Counted from the first letter of the stretch, positions 37,736-54,575 are shown. The stretch is 64,000 nucleotides of DNA from the human T2T-CHM13v2.0 reference genome, Homo sapiens (GCF_009914755.1 NC_060941.1); one strand, 5' to 3'. The notes: generated by a model not told the origin, from the sequence alone. Numbers and translations are program-made.

Positions 37736-38238
37736 TGAAGGGTGGCAAAATATGCTACCCCGAAACATTCCACTTTGGCATAAGGATTACTTTCAGCTAA
37801 AGGCACTTGAAAAATAGATACAAGAAGGGCATTCTAATCTCTTTTTCTTCTGGAAAATAGGAAGTTAAAATCTCCCATGTAAAAGATGTCCTCCCTGTAT
37901 CAGGAGAAAGGAAACATTATTCAACTGGGAGTCTTAGCTGAGAGAATTCTGTACAAACAGACCTTGTTAAAATAATTATTATCTTCCTTTTAGTTTCCCA
38001 ACATAATTTAGTTACTTTTCCACAATTGCCTCTCTTTGTTCAACTCAATATATTAATAAAAGCATGTAGTTTTTGCCATTTCTTTGGATCTTCATTTCTT
38101 TATGACAGCTCCTATGTCACATAAAATTTATATTAAATCTTTATTCCTTTCTCCTGCTAACCTATCTTATGTCAATTTAATTCTCAGGCCCAGCCAAAGA
38201 CCCTAAGAGAGTAGAGGTAAAATTTTGCCTCGACTACA
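37736..38238 (+). mobile_element. MER34-group ERV1 solo LTR
   Basis: TGAAGGG...CTACA ends; 4-bp TSD CATT (37732-37735 and 38239-38242). Confidence 0.75.
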
Positions 38239-38327
38239 CATTCACAAATTCAGGCCCACTCAGATTAACTGGCTGTTACTCAGTTCTAATCCCCAATTCC
38301 TAGTGGAGAGAATCTGAATGGCCTTAA

Positions 38328-38739
<412 letters not shown>

Positions 38740-39591
38740 GAGCTCACACTTTAAAAGGAGTGCACTCAGAAACTCTTGCAGTGCTTGATCACTTCTCTCT
38801 ATCACAGGATACCTTCTATCTCTTAAAGTGTAGACCAAGAATGTAATTCGTTCCTGACCTATCAAATTGGCAAAAACCCAGATGCCAATATACACTGATG
38901 GTGAGGCTGAGAAGAAATAATCACTCATGCATTAGTCATAGGAGTGCAAAAGTGGGCAAGCCCCATGTCAAACCTACAAAATATTCAGGTGCATTAATCC
39001 TCTAAGCTAGAAATTCCACTTCTGGGAATCTACTCAACAGGGATCAAGAGAAATGGCCGAAGAGTATAGACGTTTTCAGTCCCTATACTTTAAAAGAAGA
39101 TCATAGACAAAGGATATCTTATTGCAATATCAAAAAACAAAAAGCCACCCATGATCCTTGTCGCTTACACTCCAGTAATTAAATGCAGCCAGTCTTGCAA
39201 TACACATGCTTTTATATACCATATACCATAGAAAAACTGCATTCAATTTTTAGGACTTTTAATTTGCAGGTAGCATTTTACAGGCAACTACTGCTATTTC
39301 ATACTGTGAGGAAAGTCTGCCCTATATAATGTTGATGTGATATAGAGGGAAATTGCTCCAAAAATATCTAGTCCCACTGATGTGTGGTATTGGGGACTGC
39401 ATTAGTTACCTCTCTCTGCATCACAGCTTTTACAGCAGCTAGCATGAAAATGCTTCATCTAAGTGATAAGCAAATCATATGGAAACATTTTACAGCCAAT
39501 GTATTTCATGCACATTGGTTGAATCCTGGGGAAAATCCAAGTAGAGCATGGTTTTAAGTCAATCGTTTATCCTCTTTTTTTTCCCCTGTAG

Positions 39592-39753
<162 letters not shown>

Positions 39754-39778
39754 TAAGACATTTAAATAATTGCTTCTT

Positions 39779-39900
39779 GGCCAGACACTGTGGCTCACGC
39801 CTGTAATCCCAGCACTTTAGGAGGCTGAGGCTGGTGGATTACTTGAGCCCAGGAGTTTGAGACCAGCCTGGACAACATGGTGAAACCCCATATCTACAAA
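39779..39900 (+). mobile_element. Alu monomer (FLAM)
   Basis: Left-arm Alu sequence about 30 nt downstream of the exon donor. Confidence 0.8.
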
Positions 39901-40785
39901 ATAGATACAAACTTTACTGAAATATATTTGTTTATGAACCTTATATTTATTTGTTTGTATCTCCATGTCCAGAAAGAATTTAAGTAAGCCTGCAAGAATA
40001 GATAAGATGCAACAACAAAATGTAAACTAAAAGTAGGATGAAAGAAGAAAAAAATAAGAGAGGGGATAGTAAATGAAGCTGGGAACAAAGCCCCAAAATG
40101 CATAACATAATGACCTAAATAGTCATTGTGGGTTGTTTACAAGCTTGGATCTGAGCTTCCTAGCAGTGAATGTGAAAAGGGAAACATGACCAAACACACT
40201 ATTAACAATGTTTATAAGATAATTACAAACAAGTGCTAAGAAGCACAGAAATTTGGGGTTCAAATTATAGTTAGGAGCTTCTCTTTATAAAGGGGCCCTT
40301 ATGTGCTGAAGTGAAAATCTTTCATGATGGGCTTGTAATAAATTAAACAATGACTTTTTTAGGGCAGTTTCTTATAGTTACTTCAAATGTAGGCAAACGA
40401 TGCCACACTGGACTGCAATTCAGAAAAAGCAATTCTTAAAAGAACCGATATATTGCAATCTAGGTTCTTAGATTCCTGCTAATTTAAATGAAGTCAGGAA
40501 TATATTTTATAAAATCTGAAATGTCTATGTGTCTTTCAGTTAATCCTTATTGAATATTGCTTCTTTTAACAGAGCTTGTAATAAATATTGAGTGACAAGT
40601 GTCAAAGTTTTACTCCCTGGTAAAATGCCTGAAGGACAACTATTCTCTGTTGGCCAATTTAACACCAATTCGTGTGCTGTAACAAACATAGTGGGATAAT
40701 ATTTAGAGCAATTAATTGAGGTTTGCTTTCATTCTTTGCTTTTCTTCCCATCATTCAAGCAGTAGTTATATGCTGATATTGAAAG

Positions 40786-41261
40786 TGCAGGGGCAGAAAA
40801 ACTACACTTCCATCCTCGTAGGATTCCTGCTGGGTCTGAGCATTAAACTGACAGAAGATAGAATAACAGGAGAAAACCATACAAATTTAGTTACAAGTTT
40901 TATATGGCACAGGAGTCCTCTTAAGGAAATGAAGACCCAAAGAAGCAGTTAGAGCCAGTTACTTATGTACTGGATTGGACAAAGAACAGTAAACCGTGAA
41001 AATGTGATTAAATTATGTGGGGAGTCTTATAAGAGTTATTCTAACAAGGTCTGTACAGTATTCTGTTGGTCTCAACTTCTCATCCTTGAAGATAACAATT
41101 ATGCCTTTCCTTATAGTATAGGGAGAGTTACTTTCACAGGGGAATTTCATCTTCTGCTTTGAAGAAACAGCACGAAGGTCAAGTGATCTTCTCATATCTG
41201 TTGCTTTTCAAGTATCTTTAACTTAGTCAATATGCCAGAATAGCATATTTTAACCCCTTCA
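40786..41261 (-). mobile_element. MER34-group ERV1 solo LTR
   Basis: TG...CA ends; reverse complement start TGAAGGGGTTAAAATATGC resembles the LTR at 37736. Confidence 0.6.
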
Positions 41262-41310
41262 GAGGAAAGATAGAGTCTCAAAAAAAGAAGTTAGATGAGT
41301 TTCTGAATGG

Positions 41311-41765
41311 AATATATATCTGGGAACAAAGCCCCAAAATGCATAACATAATGACTATGTATATGTCTTATACACACACATGCATATATATAACTATATA
41401 TTTGTATATATTTTATATATAACCATATATTTATATATATTTTATATATAACCATATATTTATACATATTTAATATATAAATATATATGAGGCACTCTAT
41501 ATATAATATATAATATATTATTATATATAATATAATATATGTATGTATAAATATATCTTATAATATATATGTATATTATATATGCATATATAATGTATGT
41601 ATATATAAATATAGAATATACATATATAATATATAATTATATATAATACACATATATAATATATAATTATATATAATACACATATATAATATATAATTAT
41701 ATATAATACACATATATAATATATAATTATATATATAATATTAGAGAGAGAGAGAGAGAGAGGGA
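41311..41765. repeat. AT-rich minisatellite (30-bp unit CATATATAATATATAATTATATATAATACA, ~4 copies from 41621) and (GA)n, abutting an AluJ (-) at ~41778-42058
   Basis: Units at 41621, 41651, 41681 and 41711 (partial). Confidence 0.85.
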
Positions 41766-44179
41766 GATTGCACCTGTGAGAGACAGAGCCTCACTCTATC
41801 ACCCAGGCTAGAATGCAGCGGCATCATCATACCTCACTACAGCCTCTACCTTCTGGGTTCAAGTAATCCCCCAACCTCAGCCTCCCAAATAGCTAAGACT
41901 ACAGGCATGTACCACCATGCCTGGCTAATTTTTAAATTTTTTAGAAACAGAGTCCTACTATGTTGCCCAGGCTGTTCTTGATCTCCCAGCTCTAGAGATC
42001 TTCCCACCTTGGCCTCCCAAAGCCCTGGGATTACAGGCGTGAGCCACCACATCCAGCCTCGAATGTATCTTTTTAACCAGCAGCTGAGACAAAAGTTCTA
42101 AAAGCCCAGACTTTAAATGGAAAATGCTGGGCTCTTAAGAAATAATGGAGAATCATAAAGTAAAGAAGAATGCAAAATATGGCATCAAAGCAGTTATTCT
42201 ATCAATGGGAAATTGTGACCAGCTGAAGAGAGAAGGAGGTTGGAGTGTGTGTGACTAGAATTTAAAGGTTGTCTGGGTCCCTAAGTCAGAGTTAGCACCT
42301 GATCTCCCATTCCTGAGCTCCAATCATGGTTGGAGATTGAGGGCAACATTATTGATACCCCTGGAAATTCCAGGTAGGTTGAGAGGAAATTTAAGAACAG
42401 CAGGCACTTACACTTCATTTTCTAGGTGTAGCTCAGAGACTACAAGCTTCATAGAGAAGTGCTAAATCCAACATGGCACTAAAGAGAAAGAGTAGCAGCT
42501 ATAGAAGGTAGGGTGTAGGTAGATGGGCCTGAAGATACTCCCTTTCACTCCTGTGGCCAGAGGAAAGATGATGAGTATTCCTAAATACCTGTGTGTAAAG
42601 GACAGTCGGTGTGCAGAGATGATGACTGTGAAAGTTCTGGGAGTACCCCCAAGAAGACACCTGGGTTAGGACAAGGATAACTATGGACATAAATAGCAAA
42701 TACCAAAATAAAACTTCCAAATGACTCAATGAGATGAAGTACATACACCACAGTCACAGTCAACAAGTATTGTGGCTGGCATTGAGCTAGACTCTCCTTT
42801 CTCTGATGGCAGGACTCTATATAAGCACCCCCACCCCCCAAAATATGGGCGAAAGATATGAACACACAATTCATGGAATCACTATATACTCAATAGGTGA
42901 CCAAAAATAGTTTTTAATGATAATACCTATCACTGATATGAATAGAAGAAAAACATTTCTCAAACATTCCTGGTGAAAATTTAATAGTTGTATCTTTGCA
43001 AAGCATTCTGGATATATCTACTTAAATGAAAAATGCATACGTGCTTCAGCCAGGCAAGCCATTCCTGAAATTTTTATTCCACAGAAATAAAAGTATTAGT
43101 AAATTAAAAAATACACATGCAAAGAAAATTCTTGATGCATTGTTTATAAATGAAGAAAAAGAGAGAAGTTAATGAAATATTTACTATATAGGGGAATGCT
43201 TTAAGCATCCCTATTTCCTGAGATACAACAATATTAAAATTAGGCCAATTAATAACCCTAGAAAGGGTTATTAATTGTGTGCAAGTGAAAGGAAGAGTCA
43301 CATATCTCTCACTTTAAATCAAAAGCTAGAAATGATTAATCTTAGTAAGGAAGGCATGTTGAAAGCCAAGAGGTGGCTGAAAGCTGGGCCCCTTGCTCCA
43401 GTTAGCCAAGTTGTGAATGCAAGGAAAAGTTCTTGAAGGAAATTAAGAGCACTACTCCCACAAAGACACAAGTCATAAGAAAGCAAACAGCCTTATTTCT
43501 GAGAGAAGTCAATGCCTGGCTTCAAAGCTTCAAAGGCCTAGCAGACTCTCTTCTTAGAGGCTAGTGCAGCTGGTGACTTTCAGTTGAAACCAGTGCTCAT
43601 TGACCATTCCAAAAATCCTAGCCCTTAAGAATTATGCCAAATCTACTCTGCCTGTGCTCTATAAAGGAAACAGCAAAGCCTAGATAACAGTAGATATGTT
43701 TGTGGCATGGTTTACTGAATATTTTAATCACACTGTGGAGACCTACTGCTCAGAAAAAAAGATTCCTTTCAAAATATTACTGTTCATTGAGATGCGCCTG
43801 GTTAACCAAGAGCTCTGATGGAGATGTACAAGGAGATGAATGTTGTTTTCATTCCTAATAACACAATATCCGTTCTGCAGCCCATGGTCAAGGAGTCAGT
43901 CATTTTGACGTTCAAGTCTTGTTACTTAAGAAATACATTTCATAAGGCTATAGCTTCCATAGATAGTGATTCCTTTGATGGATCTGGGCAAAGCAAATTG
44001 AAAATCTTTTATAAATAATTCACCATTCTAGGTGCTCTTGCCACTGTTCCATCTGTGATTGAGCATCCTTTCTGCAGAAAGTAAAGATAGCCTTGCTGAG
44101 AGATCTTTTGTATCCATGCTGATTTTTCTTCTTGGCACCAATTATCTATTTCTAACAATTTTGGTATTTCTAACAATTT

Positions 44180-44197
44180 TGGTGGCCCATATGGGGA
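44180..44197 (+). other. Retroviral primer-binding site for tRNA-Ile
   Basis: TGGTGGCCCATATGGGGA is a CpG-decayed form of TGGTGGCCCGTACGGGGA, complementary to the tRNA-Ile(AAT) 3' end. Confidence 0.8.
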
Positions 44198-46157
44198 TAC
44201 ATTCTCCTCTGGTGTTGGTCTCTGGTCCTTTCTCATGAGGAGGCGCCCCACCGCCTCTTGTGGTGGCCTCAGGGGTAAGGGACCGAGACCCACCTGGTGT
44301 GACGAATAAACCCAAACTCTCAGCAATGCAGAAAGAAACCAGCCAGCAACCTGGGGTAAAGGATCCTCACATACTGCGGTGCCGAGTCTGTGCACAGACC
44401 ATACAAGGAGAAGCCGCAGGAGCCGTCTTTTAGCACAGCTACCACCCTTAGAATTTCCGGTAAACCAACACCATCCTGAGAACCACATCCTCACCAAAGG
44501 GTGGAAAGAAGGGAAACTCAAGCTAGCCTGGGAAGGACCCTACCTCGTGCTGCTAACCACCAAGTACGGTGGAAAGGGGATGGACACATCACACCCGAGT
44601 CAAGCAAGTGCCGTTATCATCAGAATCATGGGCCATTGTTCCTGGATCAAGCCCTACCAAATTAAAGCTAAGAAAAGCTTCATCTTTCCATCTTTTCCTT
44701 TCCTTTCCTTCCCTCTAACTATCCCTCATCTTGTCATCAGTGTAACCAAATCAGATTCACCACAGGTTATAACATTTGATGCTTGCCTTGTTATACCTTG
44801 TGGAGGTTTGCAAAGCCAGAGACAACTCTCTACTTCAGAAAAATACCTCTGCCACTCCAGGGAGACCACTGCCACCCCTGCATCTTGCTTGTGGTGGAGG
44901 TACCAAGATACCCCAAGTTGGAATTTATATGCTCAGTGGGTAGATGTCATCTGGATCAAGGCTGGACCTCCGAGGAGGGATGTGCCGACTTAAAGCCATA
45001 CCTCCACCTTACTAAAGGGATTGCCCCTGCCCCAATTGTCAATCCCACCAGTGTAACCCAGTGCTTATATCCATTACTATTCCTACCACTAGCAACTCTA
45101 ACCCCACTTTAGAGCGTTTCTATGGTTTAGGATCAGAGGTCACTGGAAAGGATCCTTCTTTAAGATGTGCTTTGTTCTCCCTTCTCCACCTCCTACAACT
45201 GCCCTTTTCCCAAATCTATGAAATCAAGCCACACCTCACCTCATGCCAAATGACAAAAGCAAAGTCTCAGTAGTAGAAATAGGAGACCTAAGGCAAACCA
45301 GTGCCACTGAAACAGGGTATAAAGATGTAAATGCTTGGTTAGAATGTATTAAATATTCCATTTGCACTTTAAGCAAAAGTGACTGTTATGCTTGTGTGCA
45401 CAGTAGGCCAGAGGCCCAGGTTGTCCCCTTTCCACTAGGATGGTCCTCAAATCAAGTAGACATGGAGTGCATGGTAGCTCTTTCTCAAGATTCCACCGCC
45501 TGGAATAATGAATTGTGCCAAGCTCTTTCTCTGCTATTTCCTGAAGTTCAACATCCTGCAGGTCAGCCCCCAAGGGCCATCCAGCCTCCATCTTCCAAAA
45601 CCAATTTTACCTCGTTTCTCCAATGACAAGGGGAAAAATTTGGCGTTCCTTGGAGACTTAACAGGATGCAGTGCAGTCAGGCACCTCCATGATCTGACCT
45701 ATCAGTCCACCCTTATCCATCCCCAAGCAGTTGTATGGTGGTATTATGGAGAACCTTTACTGGACACTCTGCCAAATAATTAGAGTGGTACTTATGCTCT
45801 AGTTCAGATGGCTACCCTTTTTACCCTGGCATTTCATCAACCAGAAAAAGAAGAAAAAGTAGCCTCAATTCTTACCTCTTTAACAGCTATAGTAAGTATA
45901 CTCCTTAGGTGCTATGTTGTACCATACATCCAGAAGTTAATCAAAACAACTAAGCCAACACATATTAAGTGAGTTTGAAGAGGAAACTATAAAGTGAAAG
46001 AGGAAGAAATTGTAGAAAGTAGAAAAGTTCCTCTTCAAAGCTTATCTTGGTTTAAAAATAAAATAATAGACACTAGGAATAATAGCTCCTTACTCTAAAG
46101 CCTCCTATCAACTATTAGTTCTTACAGTTTAGCCCAGTTAGTTGCTTTGGCTTACTC

Positions 46158-46187
46158 AGGCATGTCTGGACAGGTCCAGGCAGGTCT
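46158..46187 (+). promoter_or_regulatory. p53-type response element in the LTR10-like U3
   Basis: AGGCATGTCT-GGACAGGTCC-AGGCAGGTCT: three unspaced RRRCWWGYYY-like decamers; the first is perfect, the other two have a CAGG core. Confidence 0.55.
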
Positions 46188-47356
46188 TAGCTCATAGCTT
46201 ATGCCCCTTCCTTATTTGGAAATGTTTTTGCTTCCTTAAACCTTTCGTAAGCAACTTCCTCTCATTCTCTGTTCTTCCCTGCACTTACCTATTTAGGGAA
46301 GTTTTAGGCTATTAGCAAATCGGGTATCAGTTTAAGAGTGTGAAGTCCAGCTCCAGCCAATGGATGCAGGACCCAACAGTAAGGACGACCCAAATGTGTA
46401 AGGGATAAATATGTCGGCTTTTCCTTTGTTTAGGTGTTCTCTTGCCATTGTTCCATCTGTGATTGAGCACCCTTTCTGCAGAAAGTAAAGATTGCCTTAC
46501 TGACAGATCAAAAGAAAGGAAGGAAGGAAGGAAGAAAGGAAAGAAGGAAGGAAGGAAGGAAGGAAGGAAGGAAGGAAATAATTCACCATTCTAGATGCCA
46601 TTAAGAACATTTGTGATTCATGGGAGGAGGTCAAAATATCAACATTAACAGGAGTTTGAGAGATTTCAACTCTCATGGATGACTTTGAGAGCTTTAAGAC
46701 TTCAGTAGACAAAATAGCTGCAGATATAGTGGAAATAGCAAGAAAACTAGAATTATAAATGGAGCCTGCAGATGTGACTGAATTGCTGTAATCTCATGAT
46801 AAAACTTGAATGCATGACAAATTTTTTCTAATGGATAAGCAAAGAAAATAGTTTCTTGATATGGAATTTACCCCCGGTGAAGACATTAGCATTGTTGAAA
46901 TGACAACAAAGGATTTAGATTATTACATAAACTTAGTTGATAAAGCAGCAAGTAGGGTTTGAAAGAATTGACTCCAATTTTGAAAGAAGTTCTACTGTAG
47001 ATAAAATGCTATCAAACAGCATCACATGCTACAGAGAAATCCTTCATTAAAGGAAGAGTCAACAGATGCAGCAAACTTCATTGTTGTCTTATTTTAAGAA
47101 ATTGCCACAGCACACACCCACCTTCAGCAACCACAACCCTAATCAGTCAGTAGCCAACAACATTAAGGTACAACCCTCCACCAGCAAAACAACTATGGCT
47201 TGCTGAAGGCACAGATGATCATTAGCATTTTTTAGCAATAAAGTGTTTTTAAATTCAGGTGTGTACTTTTTTTAGGCAATTAATCTATGGTACACTTAAG
47301 AGACTACAGTTTAAGCTATTGAGCACTTAATAGACTACAGTATAGTATAAACATAA

Positions 47357-47653
<297 letters not shown>

Positions 47654-47774
47654 TAAACATAGCTTTTATATGCACTAACAAACCAAAGCGAATTTGTGTG
47701 ACTCACTTTATTGCAATATTCATTTTATTGCCATTGTCTGGAACTGGACCTCTGGTATCTCTAAGGAATGCCTG

Positions 47775-50980
<3,206 letters not shown>

Positions 50981-50987
50981 AAGAATG

Positions 50988-51405
50988 GACTGGGCACAGT
51001 GGCTCACACTTGTGAGGGCAATGTAGTGAGACCCCCTCTCTACAAAAAATAAACAAAAATTACCTGGGTATCGTGGTGCATGCCTGTAGTCCTATCTACT
51101 CAGGAGTCTGAGGCAAGAGCATCACTTGAAGCTAGGAGTTCAAGACCTGCCTGGGCAACATAGTGAGACCTGGTCTCTACAAAAATAAATAAATAAATAA
51201 ATAAAATTAAAAATAAATAAATAAATAAATAAAAGTTAGCTGAGTGTAGTGGCATGGTACCTGTAGTCCCAGCTATTCAGGAGGCTGAGGCAGGAGGATA
51301 GCTTGAGCCCAGAAGTTAGAGGTTACAGTGAGCTATGATCATGCCACTACATTCTAGCCTGGGCAACAGTGTGAAACCTTGTCTCAAAGAAAACAAAAAC
51401 AAAAA
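50988..51405 (+). mobile_element. Composite/trimeric AluJ
   Basis: Deleted left arm, then a monomer, (TAAA)n and a right arm. Confidence 0.75.
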
Positions 51406-51619
51406 TGAACAAACTAATCTATAATGATAAATATCAGAATAATCACCACCTTTGGAGGAATTATTGACTAAGAAATAGTAAGGGAGCCTTCTGGCAGTGA
51501 TGAAAATGTGCTATGTCTTTATCTGAGTGGCAAACATTCAGTGAGCTAAACACTTAAGATTTGCATACCTCATTGCATATTTGTTGCTCCTTAATGAAAA
51601 TTTTCTTAAAAATAATCAC

Positions 51620-54575
51620 TTATGGTTGCTTGGGTTGAAGTGCCTATTAAAGAAAAAAGCTTTTGCTGCATTTGGCCATAATTACAATAGTGATGACCCC
51701 TGGGGTTATCAGTGGGTGGGCTTCATCTCACAGTATTAGAGAGGTTATAGAAAGTAAAAGACAAGCTCAGGACTTTAAACTCTCAGCTCAAATTGCAGTC
51801 AGAAAACCTGATCATTATATAGAAATCTCTATTTCTTGTAGCTTCAGGGCAGATACGGATGAAAAATCAGCCCCCAAATATAATGTGACAGAATCAAGAT
51901 GTAAGTTGAATTCACAGACTTGCCAAGTCTTTTACATTAAAGTTAGCACATTGGAAAATAGATGAGACCCTGAAATTTGGAATAGTTACATTTGGGTGGA
52001 CTCAGAGGAATCTGAGACTTGAGCCACAAATCTTCCCAAGCTTTCCTTGGCAGGAGAAGCAACCCCTTCTCTCCTGTCTGAGAATATTAGCTTTTCTTTC
52101 CTTAGAGATCCTTTAATAACTTCTCTTGGGGCATTTAGCTTGCAAGGAGGTGTCTATTTTCTTCAAGATCCACCTGTACAACATTCATTGCCTTTAAATC
52201 CAAAATTGGAGTCTGATCTTGGTATTGCTCCAGGAATACTAGTTCAAAGTCTGTCTTGAGAGATGAGTGTTGGTACTCCAAGAGATCAGTAAGTTTTTGC
52301 TAATTTCTAGCAGCAGAAAGCTGGGGAATATGTGTGGGAATTGATTATAGTACTTTCAGACTAAGAAGGATAGATATAACTTTGGATTGCCTCAAATTTA
52401 TCAGTATTGCTATACTTTGCAGTATATACTTAGCAGTGACATTTTTGATATCTGGGAATAGTTTTAACAATTTTCTTGGTAGATTAAATAAAACCTTGAC
52501 TCAAAGATAGCCTGCATTCAATGAGGTTGAGATGCCGGAATCTTCTTGGCTTACTATACAGTAAGAAATCTAAAGGCTTTCAAGATTTCTGAAATTGATT
52601 TTTCATATGTAGCCTCTATATGTGCACTTCTACCATATCGCCCAGGACAGCCCAAATGACATTCCCTTGAGAAATAACTAAAGAAATTAACGAGGGGAGC
52701 ACCAATATCACTAAAAAGTTCTATGGTTGCTGTCCTGGGGATGATGGTGAGAGATACTGTCATTGAAGTAAACTCTCTAATTTCAAGGGAAATGATTGGC
52801 TTCTAGAGTGACAAAAGATATATGACATTTAACTACCAGAGACAAGTCCCACTAGTCAAAGTTAGTGCTCATAAGTATAATTAATAATAGTATTTTGATC
52901 CAATCTCAAAGATCCAAGGCCATATTTTAACGGATCCAGTTTGTCTAGGACTCACACTGTGGTTAGTTCCTGAATATATACTTGGAATTACCATAATGAA
53001 CAGTGGGAGTTAAAGTGGCCATCTAAATGTTTTCTTGGTGATTACAGTTTCCTTAGGAATTAAATGGATATAATGCCTACTAAATTATTACTGGATCTAC
53101 TTACAGAAAAGCACTAACTATAGGTCCAGAAACATGAGTTGAGATACCACAATGGAGAATCTCAGCCTCTCACCCAGATGCCAGACTTAAGTCAGTTGGT
53201 ATACCCAGAACTCTTTGGTTGAAGGGAAGGCTGGGTCTCTTGGGGAAGAATTCGACAAGACTTCCTCAAGTACATATTGTAGATTTTACTCTAGGCTTTA
53301 CTCAAAGGGCCTGTAGCCATTTATTAGGGTAAATATGCATTGGCAAAGGAAATATCACAGACTCAGGGATTACCAGATATTGATTCCAAGTTAACATCAA
53401 TTCCTAGGATCCCAAAACACTCCCGTGGACCACTGGGTAAAGTTAGGATGTATAGATGTCAGATAATAAATGCTATTTTGGTCAAAGTTTATGTCATAGG
53501 TCCAATTACTCTGTGGACTTAGCTATGGTTATTTCTGGTTCTTGGATGTTTAATTGGAATAGACACACAGCAACCAGCAGAATCTTCACATTTGTTCTCC
53601 ATTTTGGGAACTGAGGACTATTATGGTAGGAAGGACCTGGTATTATGGTAACAGAAACTCCTGAACTTTCCCTGTCTGCCAGAATGTTAAAAAAAAAAAT
53701 ACATAATCATATAACAAAAACAAAAAACTCCACAGAGATAGATATGAAAATATATAAACGATTCAGGGGAAGTAATCCTATCATATTCTTATCTAATTTT
53801 CCTGTTTTGTCTATGTAGAAGGTGGAGGATACTTCTTTTTTTTTTTTTTCTTTTGTGAGACAGAGTCTCACCCTGTCACCCAGGCTGGAGTACAGTGTCA
53901 TGATCTCAGCTCACTGCAACATCCACCTCCTGGGTTCGAGCGATTCTCCTACCTCAGCCTCCCAAGTAGTTAGGACACGTGCCACCATGCCTGGCTAATT
54001 TTTATATTTTTAGTAGAGATGGGGTTTCACTGTGTTGGCCAGGCTGCTCTTAAACTCCTGACCTCAGGTGATCCGCCTACCCCAGCATCCCAAAGTGCTG
54101 GGATTACAGGCATGAGCTGCTGCGCCCAGCCTACATCTTGAAGAATGTAGATTACTGTGGCTCTATTTACATGGCTATTCCAGGTGTGGAATCTTTATTG
54201 AATCAAATTGACGTAGCTCTCTCATTCACAACAACTATTGGTCTGGCAAATGCTGTTTTCTCTAGAGAAGTTTACAAGGACCAAAAGAAATTTGATTTCA
54301 CCTGTCAAGAATAGCAATACTTTTCACTGCATTCTCTTAGGGCTAAGGCAGTTCTTCTTTTCTCTATCGTAATCTAGTATACATAGACCTTGATTGTATT
54401 GACATCACAGAACAGGTCCATGATATCCATCATGATGATTGGACTTGATGAGCTGAAAGCAGCATTAGATACCTTGGTAAAGTAGCATTAGATACCTTGG
54501 TAAGACAGCTAATGTGTGTCAGAGGATGGGAGATAAGCCCCATAAAAATACAGGGTTTATGACCTTGTTAAAATT
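51620..54575 (+). mobile_element. Heavily decayed ERVL-class internal region (gag-pro-RT), with AluS (-) at 53836-54131
   Basis: ERVL gag-like GACCCTGAAATTTGGAAT; protease-like DIDSKLTSIPRIPK (cf. LDTGSELTLIPGDPK); RT-like ATTGGTCTGGCAAATGC (cf. IDLANA). Confidence 0.6.

Larger units (their letters stand above)
44032..46575 (+). pseudogene. Processed (L1-retrotransposed) copy of a HERV-I/LTR10-type spliced env mRNA
   Basis: R-U5 at the 5' end; PBS-Ile at 44180-44197; leader fused to integrase C-terminus (WEGPYLVLLTT); env remnants (FDACLVIPCG, CYAC); PPT; U3-R at 46011-46509; A/GGAA tail; 19-bp TSD AAATAATTCACCATTCTAG (44013-44031 and 46576-46594). Confidence 0.88.

Noticed and set aside
41311-41765. 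CRISPR-like array
   Set aside because: These are spacer-less AT tandem repeats in a primate intron, i.e. a minisatellite.
44379-45783. Possible domesticated env (syncytin-like) gene
   Set aside because: Env is broken across several frames with stops and lacks the fusion machinery.
54461-54503. 20-bp direct duplication AGCATTAGATACCTTGGTAA (similar 26-bp duplication at ~21545-21600)
   Set aside because: These are ordinary slippage duplications within decayed transposons.
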